From positions 17,422,001 to 17,486,000 of the forward strand of contig NC_082729.1 in the NCBI RefSeq assembly GCF_030144855.1: a DNA stretch of 64,000 bases, read 5' to 3'. The stretch comes from Hypanus sabinus. Taxonomy: Eukaryota. A model generated the notes under the pieces. The model was not told where the DNA came from. It saw only the letters and a program-made list of their open reading frames with translations, and did not search any database. Both the position numbers and the translations under genes were made by a program. Shown here piece after piece: positions 1 to 11,990 of the stretch. Position 1 is the first letter of the stretch; each line of letters opens with the position of its first letter.

Positions 1-48
1 AATCACATAAGAGACTCTCAGTCAAACATATTGTTATAAACACAGGAC

Positions 49-450
49 TTTCTGCAAATTGGAAATCCACACACACATACACAAAATGCTGGAGGAACTC
101 AGCGGGTCATTTCTATGGAAATGAATGAACAATCAACATTACAGTGCAAAGTCCTTATTCAGTACTGGAAATGAAGGGGGAAGATGCCAGAATAAAAAAA
201 AAGTAGGGAGATTGGAAGGAGGAATGGCTAGAAGGTGATACGTTAAGCCAGGTTGATGGGGAAAGTAAAGTGATGGAGAAGAAGTAATCTCATAGGAAAC
301 GAGTGTGGACCATGGGAGAAAGGTAATAGGAGGGCATCAGGCAGAGGTGACAGGCAAATGAGAAGAAGAGATAAGGGGACAGAGTGAGGAACAGAAGAGG
401 GATGGGAGAGGGAAAATAATTACCTGAAGGAGAAATCGATATACATGCCT
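49..450 (-). mobile_element. Penelope-like element 3' end/pLTR fragment with decayed hammerhead motif
   Basis: Same sequence family as 2790-3110, 37645-37830 and 62050-62930 (aaatgctggaggaactcagc... followed by a purine-rich tract); decayed hammerhead remnant at ~130-168. Confidence 0.6.
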
Positions 451-619
451 AGATCCCCAAGTTCATTCAACGAGAGTAATTCTAAGCCCAAGTACATTGA
501 GGTAGTAGAAAAGGAAAAACAAAATCAAAATGCAGAATATATCATTATATCTTAAGAGAGTGTGCAGTGCAAGGAAAGTACACAGTGTTTGGCAACACCC
601 TTGTCTTTGGAAATAGCTC

Positions 620-1340
620 TATTTCCATCTTTAATATCTTTATTTTTCCCTTTCTGGAAGACCCTGACCTGAAGTTACATGCTAACTATGGTTCTTTGCG
701 GGAATGGGACACACTCTTGGGGTTTCAGGACTGGCTGCTGTTCTGCACACCAGGGGCTTGGTTTAAGTGTGTGGCTCGGCTTTGGAGGCCTAGGATTTTG
801 GACCGCCAGAGATGGCCAGATCGAAGGTCATTATCACAACAGGAGACCTGAATGTCATCGGTGAGTCAGAATATCTGCAGCTTTGTGCCCAGAGACTCGA
901 GCTCTTTGGGTACAGAGCTCGAAAAAAGCAACGCAGTGGACTTTTAACACAGTAAACCAGCGAGTTGTTTGTTATGTCTCCCCACTCACTGTGAAAACGG
1001 ACACACCTCTTTCTCCCTTATTGGGGAGAAAGAGAACCTGTGGTACGTCGAATCTGGGTGAACAATGCAGCCTTTGGGGTAACTGCAAGTCCGTGATTTT
1101 CCTGTTGCTTCGCTGCACACTTGAGTGCTCGGTGGCAGGTGTTGATGCTTCCTTTTTGCTGGTGGGGGAGTAGGTTTGTTGCTTCCTGCTGCTTACATGT
1201 GGGAGGGACTTTGGGGTTTTAACATTTGACTGTTGTTCATTCTTTGGGGCACTCCTCTGTTTTCATGCATGGTTGTGAAGAAAAAAACATTTCAAGATGT
1301 ATATTCTAAACATTTCTCTGACATTAAATTTACCTATGAA
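620..1340 (+). repeat. Unclassified interspersed repeat (probable non-LTR element 3' region)
   Basis: 3' end catttcaagatgtatatt...catttctctgacattaaat recurs at 49260-49460 (+) and 37912-38050 (-). Confidence 0.5.
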
Positions 1341-1499
1341 ACCTCTGAGCAATGTTGATATGCAGAGGGATGTTGGAGTCCGAATCCATGGCTACACATG
1401 TTGTTCACCTGGTAAAGAAGGCGTTTTACTTGCTTGAATTGATCAGCTGAGGTGACTGCAGGAGTCAGGAAGTTATGTTGTAGTTTTAGTTTGGAATAT

Positions 1500-1880
1500 A
1501 CTGAGGCCAGCTCTGGAGTACTGTCTGAGCATCCTCTGGAATAGTCCATAAGTCTAGTTAGGCCTTCTATGGAGTACTTTCTAGACTTCCCTTGGAGTAG
1601 AGTCAAAAACTCCAGTTAGACCTGCTATGGAATCTAAAAGTCTAGGTAGGCCTCCACTGCAGTAGCTTAGACCTCTTCAGGATAAAAACAAAACTAGTTA
1701 GGCCATATCTGGAGTAGCCTAAAACTCTAATTAGACCTTATCTGGAGTGGAGTCTAAGGTCTAGTTAGGACTCCTGCGGAGTTGAGTCAAATGTCTAGTT
1801 TGCCCTTCCCTGGAGTAGAGTTTACAATACCAGTTAAGTCTCCTCTGCAGTGCTGATCAAAAATCTAGTTCAGCCTTCTC
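1500..1880 (+). repeat. Degenerate ~22-35 bp minisatellite derived from a CR1 ORF2 segment
   Basis: About 12 copies of (aaaact)ctagttaggcc-n4-ctggagta; shorter copies at ~9330-9500, 15060-15200 and 17860-17900. Confidence 0.7.
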
Positions 1881-2231
1881 AAAGCCTCAAAGACAATTTT
1901 CTAATCAAAGTATGTATAAATTATACAATCTTGGGATTCATCTGCTTACAGGCAGCCACAAAACCCAATTTAAAAAAAAAGATGAACTCCTAATCTATAG
2001 AGAGAAAATAAAACAAATTATTCATGCAAACAATAAAGCAAGCAACAGCATTCAGAATGAAATTGAGATCATACACCTCGAAGCCGCGAGTATAAAAGCC
2101 AAGTTCGGGCTCCTCTGGATTGTAGCCCAAGAGACTAGTTAGGGCTCCTCTGGAATACTGCATTGAAGTCTGGTTGGTGTATTATAGGAAAGATTTGAAG
2201 ACTTTGGAGAGGATTCAGAACAGATTTAGGC

Positions 2232-2780
2232 CATTAGAACAGAAATAAGTCATTCAATCCATTGATTTTGCTCTGTTATTCCATCATATCCACGATTATC
2301 CCTGTCAATCGCATTCTTTGGCCTTGTCCCTGCAACTTTTGACTCCCTGACTAATCAAAAACTATCATATTTTATTTTAAATATGGTAAATGACTTGACC
2401 TCCACAGCTGTCTGTGACAATGAATTCCACTGAATAGCTACCCTCTGGATAAAGAAGTTTCTCCTCATCTCTGTTTTCAATAGTAATCTCTGTAATATGT
2501 GGCTGTGCCATTTGGTCCTGGACTCACCTACTACAGGAAACATCCTCACCACATATGCTCTTTTCAGGCCTTTTAATATTTGATCGGTTTCAATAAGATC
2601 ATCCCTCATTCTTCTGAACTCCAATGAGTCGAGGCCCAGAGCCATAAAATGCAGAAAATACAATCTCACTTTCACTCCTGGAATCATTATTGTGAGCCTC
2701 CACTGGACCCTCTCAAATGCCAGCACAACTCTTCTTAAATAGCCTAAAAATTGCTCACAATACTGCAAGTGCTGTCTAAC
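2232..2780 (-). mobile_element. CR1 LINE 3' fragment
   Basis: ORF 2355-2768: YCEQF...LAFERVQWRLTIMIPG...RRMRDDLIETDQILKG...EMRRNFFIQRV, the CR1 ORF2 C-terminus. Confidence 0.85.
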
Positions 2781-2789
2781 CAGTTCCTT

Positions 2790-3250
2790 CTATATCTATA
2801 GGGAGAAGCACTGTTGATGTTTCGGGCCGAGACCCTTCGTCAGGACTAACTGAAAGGAAAGATAGTAAGAGATTTGAAAGTAGGAGGGGGAGGGGAAAAT
2901 GCAAAATGATAGGAGAAGACTGGAGGAGGTAGGATGAAGTTGAGAGCCAGAATGGTGATTGGCAACAGGGATACAGAGATAGAGAAGGGAAAGGATCATG
3001 GGACGGGAGGCCTAGGGAGAAAGAAAGGGGGAGGGGAGCACCAGAGGGAGATGGAGAACAGGCAGGGTGATGGGCAGAGAGAGAAAGAAAAAAAGTGAGG
3101 TGAGTGGGAAATGTAGCCACACTTAGTTTGGAGGAACAACACCTTATGTACCAGCTGGGTAGCCTCAAACCTGATGGCATGAACATTGACTTCTCTAACT
3201 TCTGTTAATGCCCCTCCTCCCCTTCTTACCCCATCCCTGATATATTTAGG
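2790..3250. mobile_element. Penelope-like element fragment with inverted structure (pLTR on -, GIY-YIG tail on +)
   Basis: Plus strand 3117-3208 encodes ATLSLEEQHLMYQLGSLKPDGMNIDFSNFC*, like the Penelope endonuclease C-terminus; minus strand carries a hammerhead motif. Confidence 0.7.
2811..2848 (-). ncRNA. Minimal type I hammerhead ribozyme motif (Penelope-associated, partly decayed)
   Basis: Minus strand TAGTC-CTGACGA-A-GGGTCTCGGCCC-GAAAC-ATC-AACAG: CUGANGA and GAAA core with stem II. Confidence 0.6.
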
Positions 3251-3599
3251 TTTTTCCCCCCCTCCCTTTTTTTCTTTCTCTCCAGGTGTGTTCTATTGCT
3301 GCTTATATTTTTACAGGGTTGCGTGTAAATGACAGACACAAAACACAATTTTAGGAAAAAACCAACACCAATCTGGAGAGAGATAAAAAAAACAACAAAT
3401 CTATTCATGCAAACATGTAAAGCAAGTATCAGCATTCAGAATGCCAATAAGTCCAAAAACCAGAAGCCAAAGATGGTTAGAGTAGGAAAGTCCAGTTCAG
3501 CCTCTGGATTAGAGTCTAAGACAGTAGTTAGGCCTCTTCTGGAATACTACATTCAAGTCTGGTTGTTGCGTTATAGGAAAGAGGATTCAGAATAGATTA

Positions 3600-5340
3600 A
3601 TGACATTTAGTCCATCGATTTTGGTCTGTCATGCCATTATAGCTGAGTTATTATCCCTGTCAATCATATTCTTCGGCTTTCTCCACGTAACCTTTGACTC
3701 CCTGACTAATCAAAAACCTATCATATTCCGTTTTAAATATGCCCAATATGTGGCCCTCCACAGTTGTCTGTGACAATGAATTCCATTGAATGACTACCCA
3801 CTGGCTAAAGAAATTCCTCCTCAACTTTGTTCTCAGTAGACATCTCTCCATTCTGTGGCTATGCCATTTTAATCCAAGACTCACCCACTACAGGAAACAT
3901 CCTCACCATATCTACTGTATTGAGGCCTTATAATATTTGATAGGTTTCAATAAGATCACCCCTCATCCTTCTGAACTCCAATGAGCTGAGGCCCAGAGCC
4001 ATCAAATGCTCAGAATACATTCACACTTTCACTCCTGGAATAATTCTTGTGAGCCCCCCTCCGGACCTTCTTGAATGCCATCACAACTCTTCTTAGATAA
4101 TAGGCCAAAATCTGCTCACAATACTGCAAGTGCAGTTTAACCATTGCCTTATAAAAAAAGCCTCAACTTTACATCCCTGCTTTTATGTTCTCATCCTGTC
4201 AAAATCAATACTAACGTTGAATTTCCATTTCTTATTACTCACTCAACTGGCAAGATACCCTTTACAGTGTCCTGCACAAGTACTCCCAAGTCTCTATGCA
4301 CTTCTGATTTTTGAATCTTCTCCCTCCTTAAAAAAACAGTCTATGCCATTTTATTTTCCTACTAAAGTGCATGACCAAACACTTCAGAACACTCTATTGC
4401 AACTGACATGTCTTTGTACATTCTTTTTTTTTCCTTCTACCGTAGTACATTACCATACACTTTCATGCAGTATATTGCATCTGCAACTTCTTTGTCCATT
4501 CTCCAAATCTCTCTAAGTCCTTTTGCAGACTCCCTGCTTTTTCAAAACTTTCTGCCTCTTCACCTACATTTTTATCATCCATTACCCTGGCCACAAACCA
4601 TCAATTCCATCATCCAAATCATTTACATGTAACATGAAAATGAGCAGTCTCATGAACAAACCTTGCAGCTAACCAGAAAAGGCCTCCATCATTCCCCCTC
4701 TTTGCCTCCTGCTAGTTGAACAATCTTCTATTCATACTAATACCATTCCTATAATACCATGGGTTCTTACCTTCTTAAGCAACTGCATATTCAGCAACTT
4801 GTGAAACCTTTACGAAAATCCAAATAAACAACACCTGCTGACTGTCCTTTATCTATTTTGCATGTTATTTCCTCAACGAATTGCATCAGATTTGTCAGGC
4901 AAGATTTCTCCTTTTGAAAACCCTGTGCACTTTGGCCTATTTTATCATGTGCCGTCAAGTACTCTGAAAATGGACTCCAACATCTTCCCTGCTGAAGTTA
5001 GACTAAGCAGTCTATAAATTCCTTTCTTCTGCCTCCCTCCCTTCATAAGATGTGGAATGACATTTTCAATTATACAGACCTCTGGAACTATTCCTGAATC
5101 TAGTGAATTTTGAAAGATCATTATTAATGCCTCCACAATCTCTTCAGCTGACTTTTTCAGATCCCATTTGGTCTAGTTGACTTAACCACCTTAAGACATT
5201 CTAGTTGCCTAAGCACCCTCTCCCTCCAGTATCAAATGTATTCACTTAAGTCCCCTTACACCCTCCAGTTCCTATCATACTGCTAGCTTCTTTTACAGTA
5301 CAGATTAATGCAAAACAATATTTTCATTCATCTGTAATTC
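3600..5340 (-). mobile_element. CR1 LINE fragment (RT region to 3' end)
   Basis: ORFs 3660-3884 (RRNFFSQWVV) and 4945-5136 (ALIMIFQNSLDSGIVPE...KGGRQKKGIYRLLSLTS). Confidence 0.85.
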
Positions 5341-7558
5341 CCTTGCCCCCCCCCCCCCCAATTACTACCTGATATTGAGAAGCTCAGCATGGGTGCATGA
5401 AGCAGAACCAATGCAATCATTATGTGGTGCAAGATGAGACGGGCAGCATTACTGTGAAGGCTTGGAACATGGGCTGTTCCACATACCCATCACCAATAAC
5501 TGTCTAGCCATTCCTTGTTCCTACTACCACCCTCAACCACCACCTACCTATCTATTATGGCAATTTCCCTCTCTCATTTCAGTCCTAAAGAGGGTCTCAG
5601 TCTGAAACGCCAACGGTTTATTGATGTCCATAATTGCTGCCTGACCTGCCTTGTTCCTCCAGCATTCTTATTTAAGTGTTGCTCTGGATTTCCAGCATCT
5701 GCAGGATCTCTCATGTTTAGGAACTTCAAAATTCAGATTTGCAAAAAGACTGGGGACCCTCATGCTGGATTCTGTAAAACTTAACTTGCAGCTGGAATTG
5801 GTGGTAAGGAAGGCAAATGTGATGTTCACATGCATTTCCTGAGGACTCAAATATAAAAGCAAGGATATAATGAGATTCTGCATGGTGGAAATCGTGAATA
5901 ACTTATACAAAATGCTGGAAGATCTCAGCTGGTTAGACAGCATCTCTGGAAAGGAACAAACAGTTGATATTTCAGGCTGAGACTTTCTGCATAAAAAATT
6001 ACATCAGGATCGTCATGCTGAGGCTCTGTGAAGCACTGGTCAAACTGCATTTGGGATATTGTGAGCAGTTATGAGTCCCTTATGTAAGAAAGGATGGAAT
6101 ATTGAACATGGAACAGCTCATTTTAGGAACAGGCTCTATGGCCCACAATGTTTTGTCAAACTAATTAAATTAATAACCAAATGAACAAATAAATGTCTGC
6201 CTCTATAGTACCCATATCCTTCCTTACATTCATGTACCTATCTAAACTCTCTGAATATCTAATATATCTATATAGATATCCCATCTAACCTATCTAATAT
6301 ATCTTCCTCTACCATCACCCCAGCATCCACAATACTCTGTTACAAAAAACCCACACACCGCCTTTGAAATGCTCCACTTACATGATTGTCTCTGGTATTA
6401 GACAATTCCACCCTGAGAAGTTATTATTTGTCTACTCAATGTCTCTCGCAATCTTATAAAGATATCAGACCTCCCCTCAATCACTGCCACTCCAAAGAAA
6501 ACCACCCAATTTTGTCCAACCTCTCATTGCAGCCCATGCCTTCTAACTCAGTCAACATTCAGAATCATAATCATTTTTAATATCATTGGTATATGTTGGG
6601 AAATGTGTTGTAATCCTTTTTTCTCACCCTCTCCAAGCCTCAACATCCTTCTTATAATCAAGCAAAAAGAACTGTATACAGCAGTCCATGAGGCAAAACC
6701 AGAGTTCTATAAAGTTGAAATATAATAGTTAATACATCATACTCACAGCTATTAAATCACTTCAACAACAGCAAACATCTTCATCTCTATCTGCTCTATG
6801 TGTAAAGTTTTGTGTGAGAAAATTGTGACAAACTGACTGAAGTGAGAGCGCAAAATGTCTGTATTAGAGCAATGGGCAGGAACAGTGACAATGAAATTGT
6901 ATGAAGCAGTGGAAAGGTTCATCAACAGAAGCATTTACCTCCAAGTGTAAAACGTTGCAGACAAGCTTCTAGTGATCTAATATCGAATTATGAGTACAAC
7001 TCTTCCACGAAAACTGTAAGTGGCCCTTAAAAGTGCCATTGGGTTTGTCTTATCAGCACTCAGCTGCTTCACCAGGGACTCTGCTTTCACCCCTTTCTCT
7101 GGTAGGGTGTTCCAGTTACTCACCCTCAACTAACCTCCCATGTCCTGCAGGTCGATCTACTCCCGATATGGGGGAAGCTCTCTGCCACCGACCCTATGTC
7201 AACCCATAATAATTTTCTACACCTGAATCATCTCTCCTCGAAAGCAGGGATCAGAGCTGGGTCAGTGTAGGTTTTCCAACTACATCAACGATTATCAGAC
7301 TGTAATACCGATCAATAAATTTGCGGATGGCACCATGATTTACGGTGTAGTTTTCGGAGTTTTGAGTACAAATCTTAAGAGGGTTTGTATCAGTTATTCA
7401 GGACATTATGTTGTAATGTTACATACTAACCTTTAATATGGAACCGGAGTGAAAAGAAAATTGATCAAAACCACCTCGGTACATCCCAACACGGCTTGTT
7501 TAGAAAAAATATAACCTGTAGAAGATAAAAGTGGTATGATTTTCGTGTTTCTGTACAT

Positions 7559-7815
7559 TTTGTCCATTCATTTCAACAAGCTCAGCAACACCCAGAAAAT
7601 AAGGAAATGCTTCCGGTCCTCTTGCCTTTTTTTTTGTGTCCTGTGGGAATACAGTGAGACTTTCAGCATCGGTGCAACAACACCCTAGCTCAATGGAGAG
7701 CAAATTAACCAATCAGAGAGCCGACATATATACCAATTAAAATCAAAAGCAAGTACGTAACTGCTTACCAGCCGAAAATAAACTTAAACTTGACAATAGC
7801 CCGCCAAAAATCCTG
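7559..7815 (-). pseudogene. H2A: H2A promoter and first codons only; coding region deleted
   Basis: Aligns to 48050-48305 upstream of the intact H2A (gaggaaatgcttcc, CCAAT boxes, cccgccaaaaatcc). Confidence 0.65.
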
Positions 7816-8142
7816 TTCAAATCTATTCTAAAATCAAATGATGGCAGATTTGATTGTCGACCAATTCTCCGTATTAACTCATTACTGAAGTCCGGCACCT
7901 CTAATGTTTGAGCGTAGCTAAAATTGCTTTAAGTGGCGATTTAATTCAACATCTGTACTCAGAATAAAATTGGATTCTCAGTTGTTGTTCCCGGTCATTA
8001 TGTGAACTACATCATGTTATGAACGAGTTGTTCTCGAACTACAGTTGGAGTTTAGCTTGCAGTTGACAAAATTCTGCTTGATATTAAAATTGAATTCAGA
8101 TAACATGAGAAAAAACACAGCTCTGTTAAAGAAAGATTGAGT

Positions 8143-8158
8143 GGCTCTTAAAAGAGCC
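8143..8158 (-). terminator. Histone 3' stem-loop (SLBP site) with downstream HDE
   Basis: Minus GGCTCT-TTTA-AGAGCC followed by ACTCA; purine-rich ACAGAGCTGTG at 8116-8126. Confidence 0.95.
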
Positions 8159-8190
8159 TTTGGGTTTTTGGTTTGTTTTGGCGGCACTTC

Positions 8191-8562
8191 TCACTTGGAG
8201 CTAGTGTACTTGGTCACGGCCTTTGTTCCCTCCGACACGGCGTGCTTGGCCAGCTCACCGGGCAGCAGCAGGCGCACGGCCGTCTGGATCTCCCGAGAGC
8301 TGATGGTCGATCGCTTGTTGTAATGGGCTAGGCGGGAAGCCTCGCCGGCGATGCGCTCGAAAATATCGTTTACGAACGAGTTCATGATGCTCATGGCCTT
8401 GGAGGAGATGCCGGTGTCGGGATGAACCTGCTTCATCACTTTGTAGATGTAGATGCCGTAACTCTCCTTCCTCACCCTCCTACGCCTCTTGCCGGACTTG
8501 CTTGAAGACTTCGGCAGCGCTTTCTTAGCGCCCTTCTTGGGAGCCACCTTCTGCTCAGGCAT
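8191..8562 (-). CDS. H2B: Histone H2B (replication-dependent), 123 aa
   Basis: [27 protein letters not shown]...AVTKYTSSK; intronless; 3' stem-loop. Confidence 0.97.
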   Translation of the reverse strand: MPEQKVAPKKGAKKALPKSSSKSGKRRRRVRKESYGIYIYKVMKQVHPDTGISSKAMSIMNSFVNDIFERIAGEASRLAHYNKRSTISSREIQTAVRLLLPGELAKHAVSEGTKAVTKYTSSK

Positions 8563-8611
8563 TTCGTCGGTCGAAATCAGATTCGAGTGAACAGATTTGA
8601 TTCAGAGTGCC

Positions 8612-8775
8612 ACTTAAATAGGAACCGATGACGTCAGTATGTTAATCAAGGAATGGAGTTTCAGACGATGTTCATTGGCTACATGGAGAACGAATCACCA
8701 TCGGGATTATTACGACAACCCCTATCATTGGATATCAGAGGGTTTAAGGACATTCGCTCGCTCCACCAATCGGAA
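8612..8775 (-). promoter_or_regulatory. H2B promoter: TATA (TATTTAA), CRE, octamer-like element, CCAAT boxes
   Basis: cttaaata 8613-8620, TGACGTCA 8629-8636, ATGTTAAT 8639-8646 (ATGCTAAT in the 14.6 and 28.7 kb copies), attgg 8674-8678. Confidence 0.8.
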
Positions 8776-9100
8776 GCTCTCCCAGTCTGAGGAAAGAGAA
8801 CCTTGCCCACCCCTGACTGCTCCGTGCGGTTTATTGCGACAGAGAGGATAGGAAGGCAGAGGGCTGTGGCTGACATGAAACAAAAGAAAACGTAAAATAA
8901 AAATGCTTTTGGAATAAACTCACCTTCATAGCAAAGCTCAAAGTAAATTTATTATCAAAGTACATATATATCACCAAAGCATGATTCATTTTCTTGTGGG
9001 CATATTTAGTACATGAAAAACAGAATGCACTCTAAAGTAGAATAAATGGGAGACTATATCAATTTGGCATTCAACCAATGTGCAAAAGACACAAATTGTG

Positions 9101-9122
9101 GAGAGAGAGAGAGAGAGAGAGA
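9101..9122. repeat. (GA)n microsatellite
   Basis: Direct reading. Confidence 0.9.
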
Positions 9123-10629
9123 AGTTGAAGGGTCCCTGAAAGTGAAATCAAGTTGTAGAAACGTTTCAATGATGAAGAACATTTATCCTCTTTGGTTCAA
9201 GAACATGACTGTTGAAGGATAATAACCACTCCTGAAACTGATACTGTGAGTCCTGAATCTTTTTACCATTGTTCTGATAGCAGACTGAGAATACAGCATA
9301 ACCTGGGTGGTGTTAAACTAATAAAAAATTTAGTTAGGCTGTTATTGGAGTGGAGTCTAGGCCTCTTCTGGAGTCATATAAAACTCTAGTTTGGCCTCTT
9401 CTGGAATGGAGTCTATAGTTTAGTTAGGATTGTTGTGGAGTTCAGCTGAAATTCTACTTCGGCCTTCTCTGGAGTGCAGTTCAAAAATCTTATTCAGCCT
9501 TCTCAAAGTTTAAAGTTCAGAGTGCATTTTATTATCAACATATGTATAAATTATTGAATCTTGGGATTCACCTGGTTACAAGAAGCCGCAAAACACAATT
9601 TAATAAAAAAGATCAACACCCAATCAACAAAGGTTAAAAAATCAAATCAATTCTTGCAAACAATAAAGTAAGTGTCAGTTTTCAAAATGAAATTGATACT
9701 ATAGACTTGAAGCTGAAGAGGATTAGAGTATAAAAGTCCAGTTCGGCCTTCTCTGGAAAACTACATTCAAGTCTGGTTGGGGCATTATAGGAAAGAAGTG
9801 AAGACTTTGGAGAGGATTCAGAATAGATTTAGGCCATAAGAACAGGAACAGGTCATTCAGTCCATTGATTTTGCTCTGTCATTCCATCATATTCGAGTTA
9901 TTATCCCTGTCAATCACATTCTTTGGCCTTTTCCCTGTAACCTTTGACTCCCTGACTAGTCAAGCACCTATCATAATCCGTTTTAAATATGCTCAATGAT
10001 TGAGCTCCACAACTGTCTGTGACATTGAACTCCACTGAATAACTACTGACTGGCTCAAGAAAGTCCTCCTCATCTCTGTTCTCAATAGCAATTTCTCTAT
10101 TCTGTAGCTGTGCCATTTGGTCCTGGACTCACCCATTACATGAAACATCCTCAGCACATCTACTGTATTCAGGCTTTTTATTATTTAATAGGGTTCAATA
10201 ACATTCCCCCTCATTCTTCTGAACTCCAATGAGTTGAGGCCCAGAGCCATCAAATGCACAAAATACATTCAAACGTTCACTCCTAGAATCATTCTTCTGA
10301 GTCTCCTCTGGACCCTCTTGAATGCCAGCACAACTCTTCTCAGATAATAAGCTAAAAACTGCTCAAGTGCAGTCTAACCAATGCCTTATAAAAGATTCAG
10401 CTTTACATCCTTTCTTTTCTGTTTTCGTCCTGACAAACATGAATAACATTGAATTTTCCTCCCTTATCTCTGACTCAACCAGCAAGATGTGCTCTATGGA
10501 ATCCTGCACAGTACTCCCAAGTCCCTTTGCACCTCTGATTTTTAAGTCTTCTTGTTCTTTAGAAAACAGTCTGTGCTTTTTTTCTTCTACCAAAGTATAT
10601 GAACATACAATTTAATATACTATATTGCA

Positions 10630-10820
10630 TCTCACGAGGAAATCTGCAAATGCTGGAAATTCAAGCAACACACACAAAATGCTGGTGGAATGCAACAGGT
10701 CAGGCAGCATAGTAGAGATCTCAGTTAGTCCTGAGGAAGGGCCTCGGCCCGAAACATTGACAGTGCTTCTCCCTATAGATGCTGCCTGACCTGCTGCATT
10801 CTACTAGCATTTTGTGTGTT
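10630..10820. mobile_element. Palindromic non-autonomous Penelope-derived element carrying a hammerhead motif
   Basis: Inverted repeats ~10671-10710 and 10779-10819; plus-strand TAGTC-CTGAGGA-A-GGGCC-TC-GGCCC-GAAAC-ATT-GACAG at 10726-10763. Confidence 0.65.
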
Positions 10821-10939
10821 TTGCCTATATTGTAACTGTAACTTCTTTGTCCATTCTCCAAGTCTGTCTGTTCTTTTGCAGACTCTCAGCTTTTTCAAAA
10901 CTTCCTACCTCTCCATCTATTTTTGCATCATCCATTAGC

Positions 10940-11430
10940 AGGACCGAAAGGAGCTACAGAGGGTAATAAATCTAGTCAGCTCCATCTTGGGTACCTGCCT
11001 ACAAAGGACGCAGGACATCTTCAGAGAGAGGTGTCTCAAAAGATAGTATCCTTTATTAAGGACCTCCAGCACTCAAGGCATGCCCGCTTCTCACTGTAAC
11101 CATCAGGTAGGAGGTACATAAACCTGAAAGCACACACTCAGTGATTAAGGAAAAGCTCCTGAAGCAGCTCCTCTGCCAGTCAATTACTAAATAACATTGA
11201 ATCCTTGGACAGTACCTCACTTTTTTAAAAAATATAAAGTACTTCTGTTTTTTGCACTTTAAAAAATCTATTCTATGTATACTGTAATTGATTTACATGT
11301 TTATTTATTATTAATTTTTATTTTGTCCATTTATTTTTCTCTCCTAGATTATGCACTGCATTGAACTCCTTGTGCTAAGTTATCAAATTTCACGTCACAA
11401 GCCCGTGATAATAATCATTTTCTGACTCTC
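10940..11430 (+). mobile_element. Rex1/Babar-like LINE 3' fragment
   Basis: Matches the 3' part of 41405-42290 (catcaggtaggaggtaca...gcacacactcag...). Confidence 0.7.
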
Positions 11431-11990
11431 TTTGTCCATTTCACATGTTATTTCCTCAAAGATTTGTAATAGGTTTGACAGGCAAATCTCTCCTTTTGAA
11501 AACCCTGCTAACTTTGCCTATTTTATCATGTGCCTTCAAGTACCCTGAAAATTCATCAATAACAATGGACTCCAACATCTACCCAACCACTGAAGTCAGA
11601 CTAATTAGTCTATAATTTCCTTCCTTCTGCCTCCCTCCCTTCTTAAAAGTGGAATGACATTTTCAATTTTCCAGTTCTCTGGAAATATTCTTGAATTTAG
11701 TGTTTCTTGAAAGATCATTATTATTGCCTCCACAATCTCTTTGGCTAATCCTTTCAGATCTCATTTGGTCCAGTTGAATTATCTACCTTAAGACATTCCA
11801 ATTGCTCAAGCACCTTCTCCCTCCAATAGCAACTGCTGTCACTTATGTCCCCTGACTCTCTTCAACTTCTGTTATACTACTAGTTTCTTCTACAGTGAAA
11901 ACTGTGAAAAAGTAATTTTTAGTTGATCTTTAATTCCCTTGTCCCTTGTTACTACCTGATATTGATCAGCTCAGCATGGGTGCACAAAGT

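Larger units (their letters stand above)
9835..11955 (-). mobile_element. CR1 LINE fragment (paralogous to 3600-5340) with nested insertions
   Basis: Aligns to 3600-5340; interrupted by elements at 10630-10820 and 10940-11430. Confidence 0.8.

Noticed and set aside
1500-1880. Repeat-spacer-like array resembling CRISPR
   Set aside because: Units are degenerate, lack unique spacers, derive from CR1 coding sequence, and there are no cas genes; the DNA is eukaryotic
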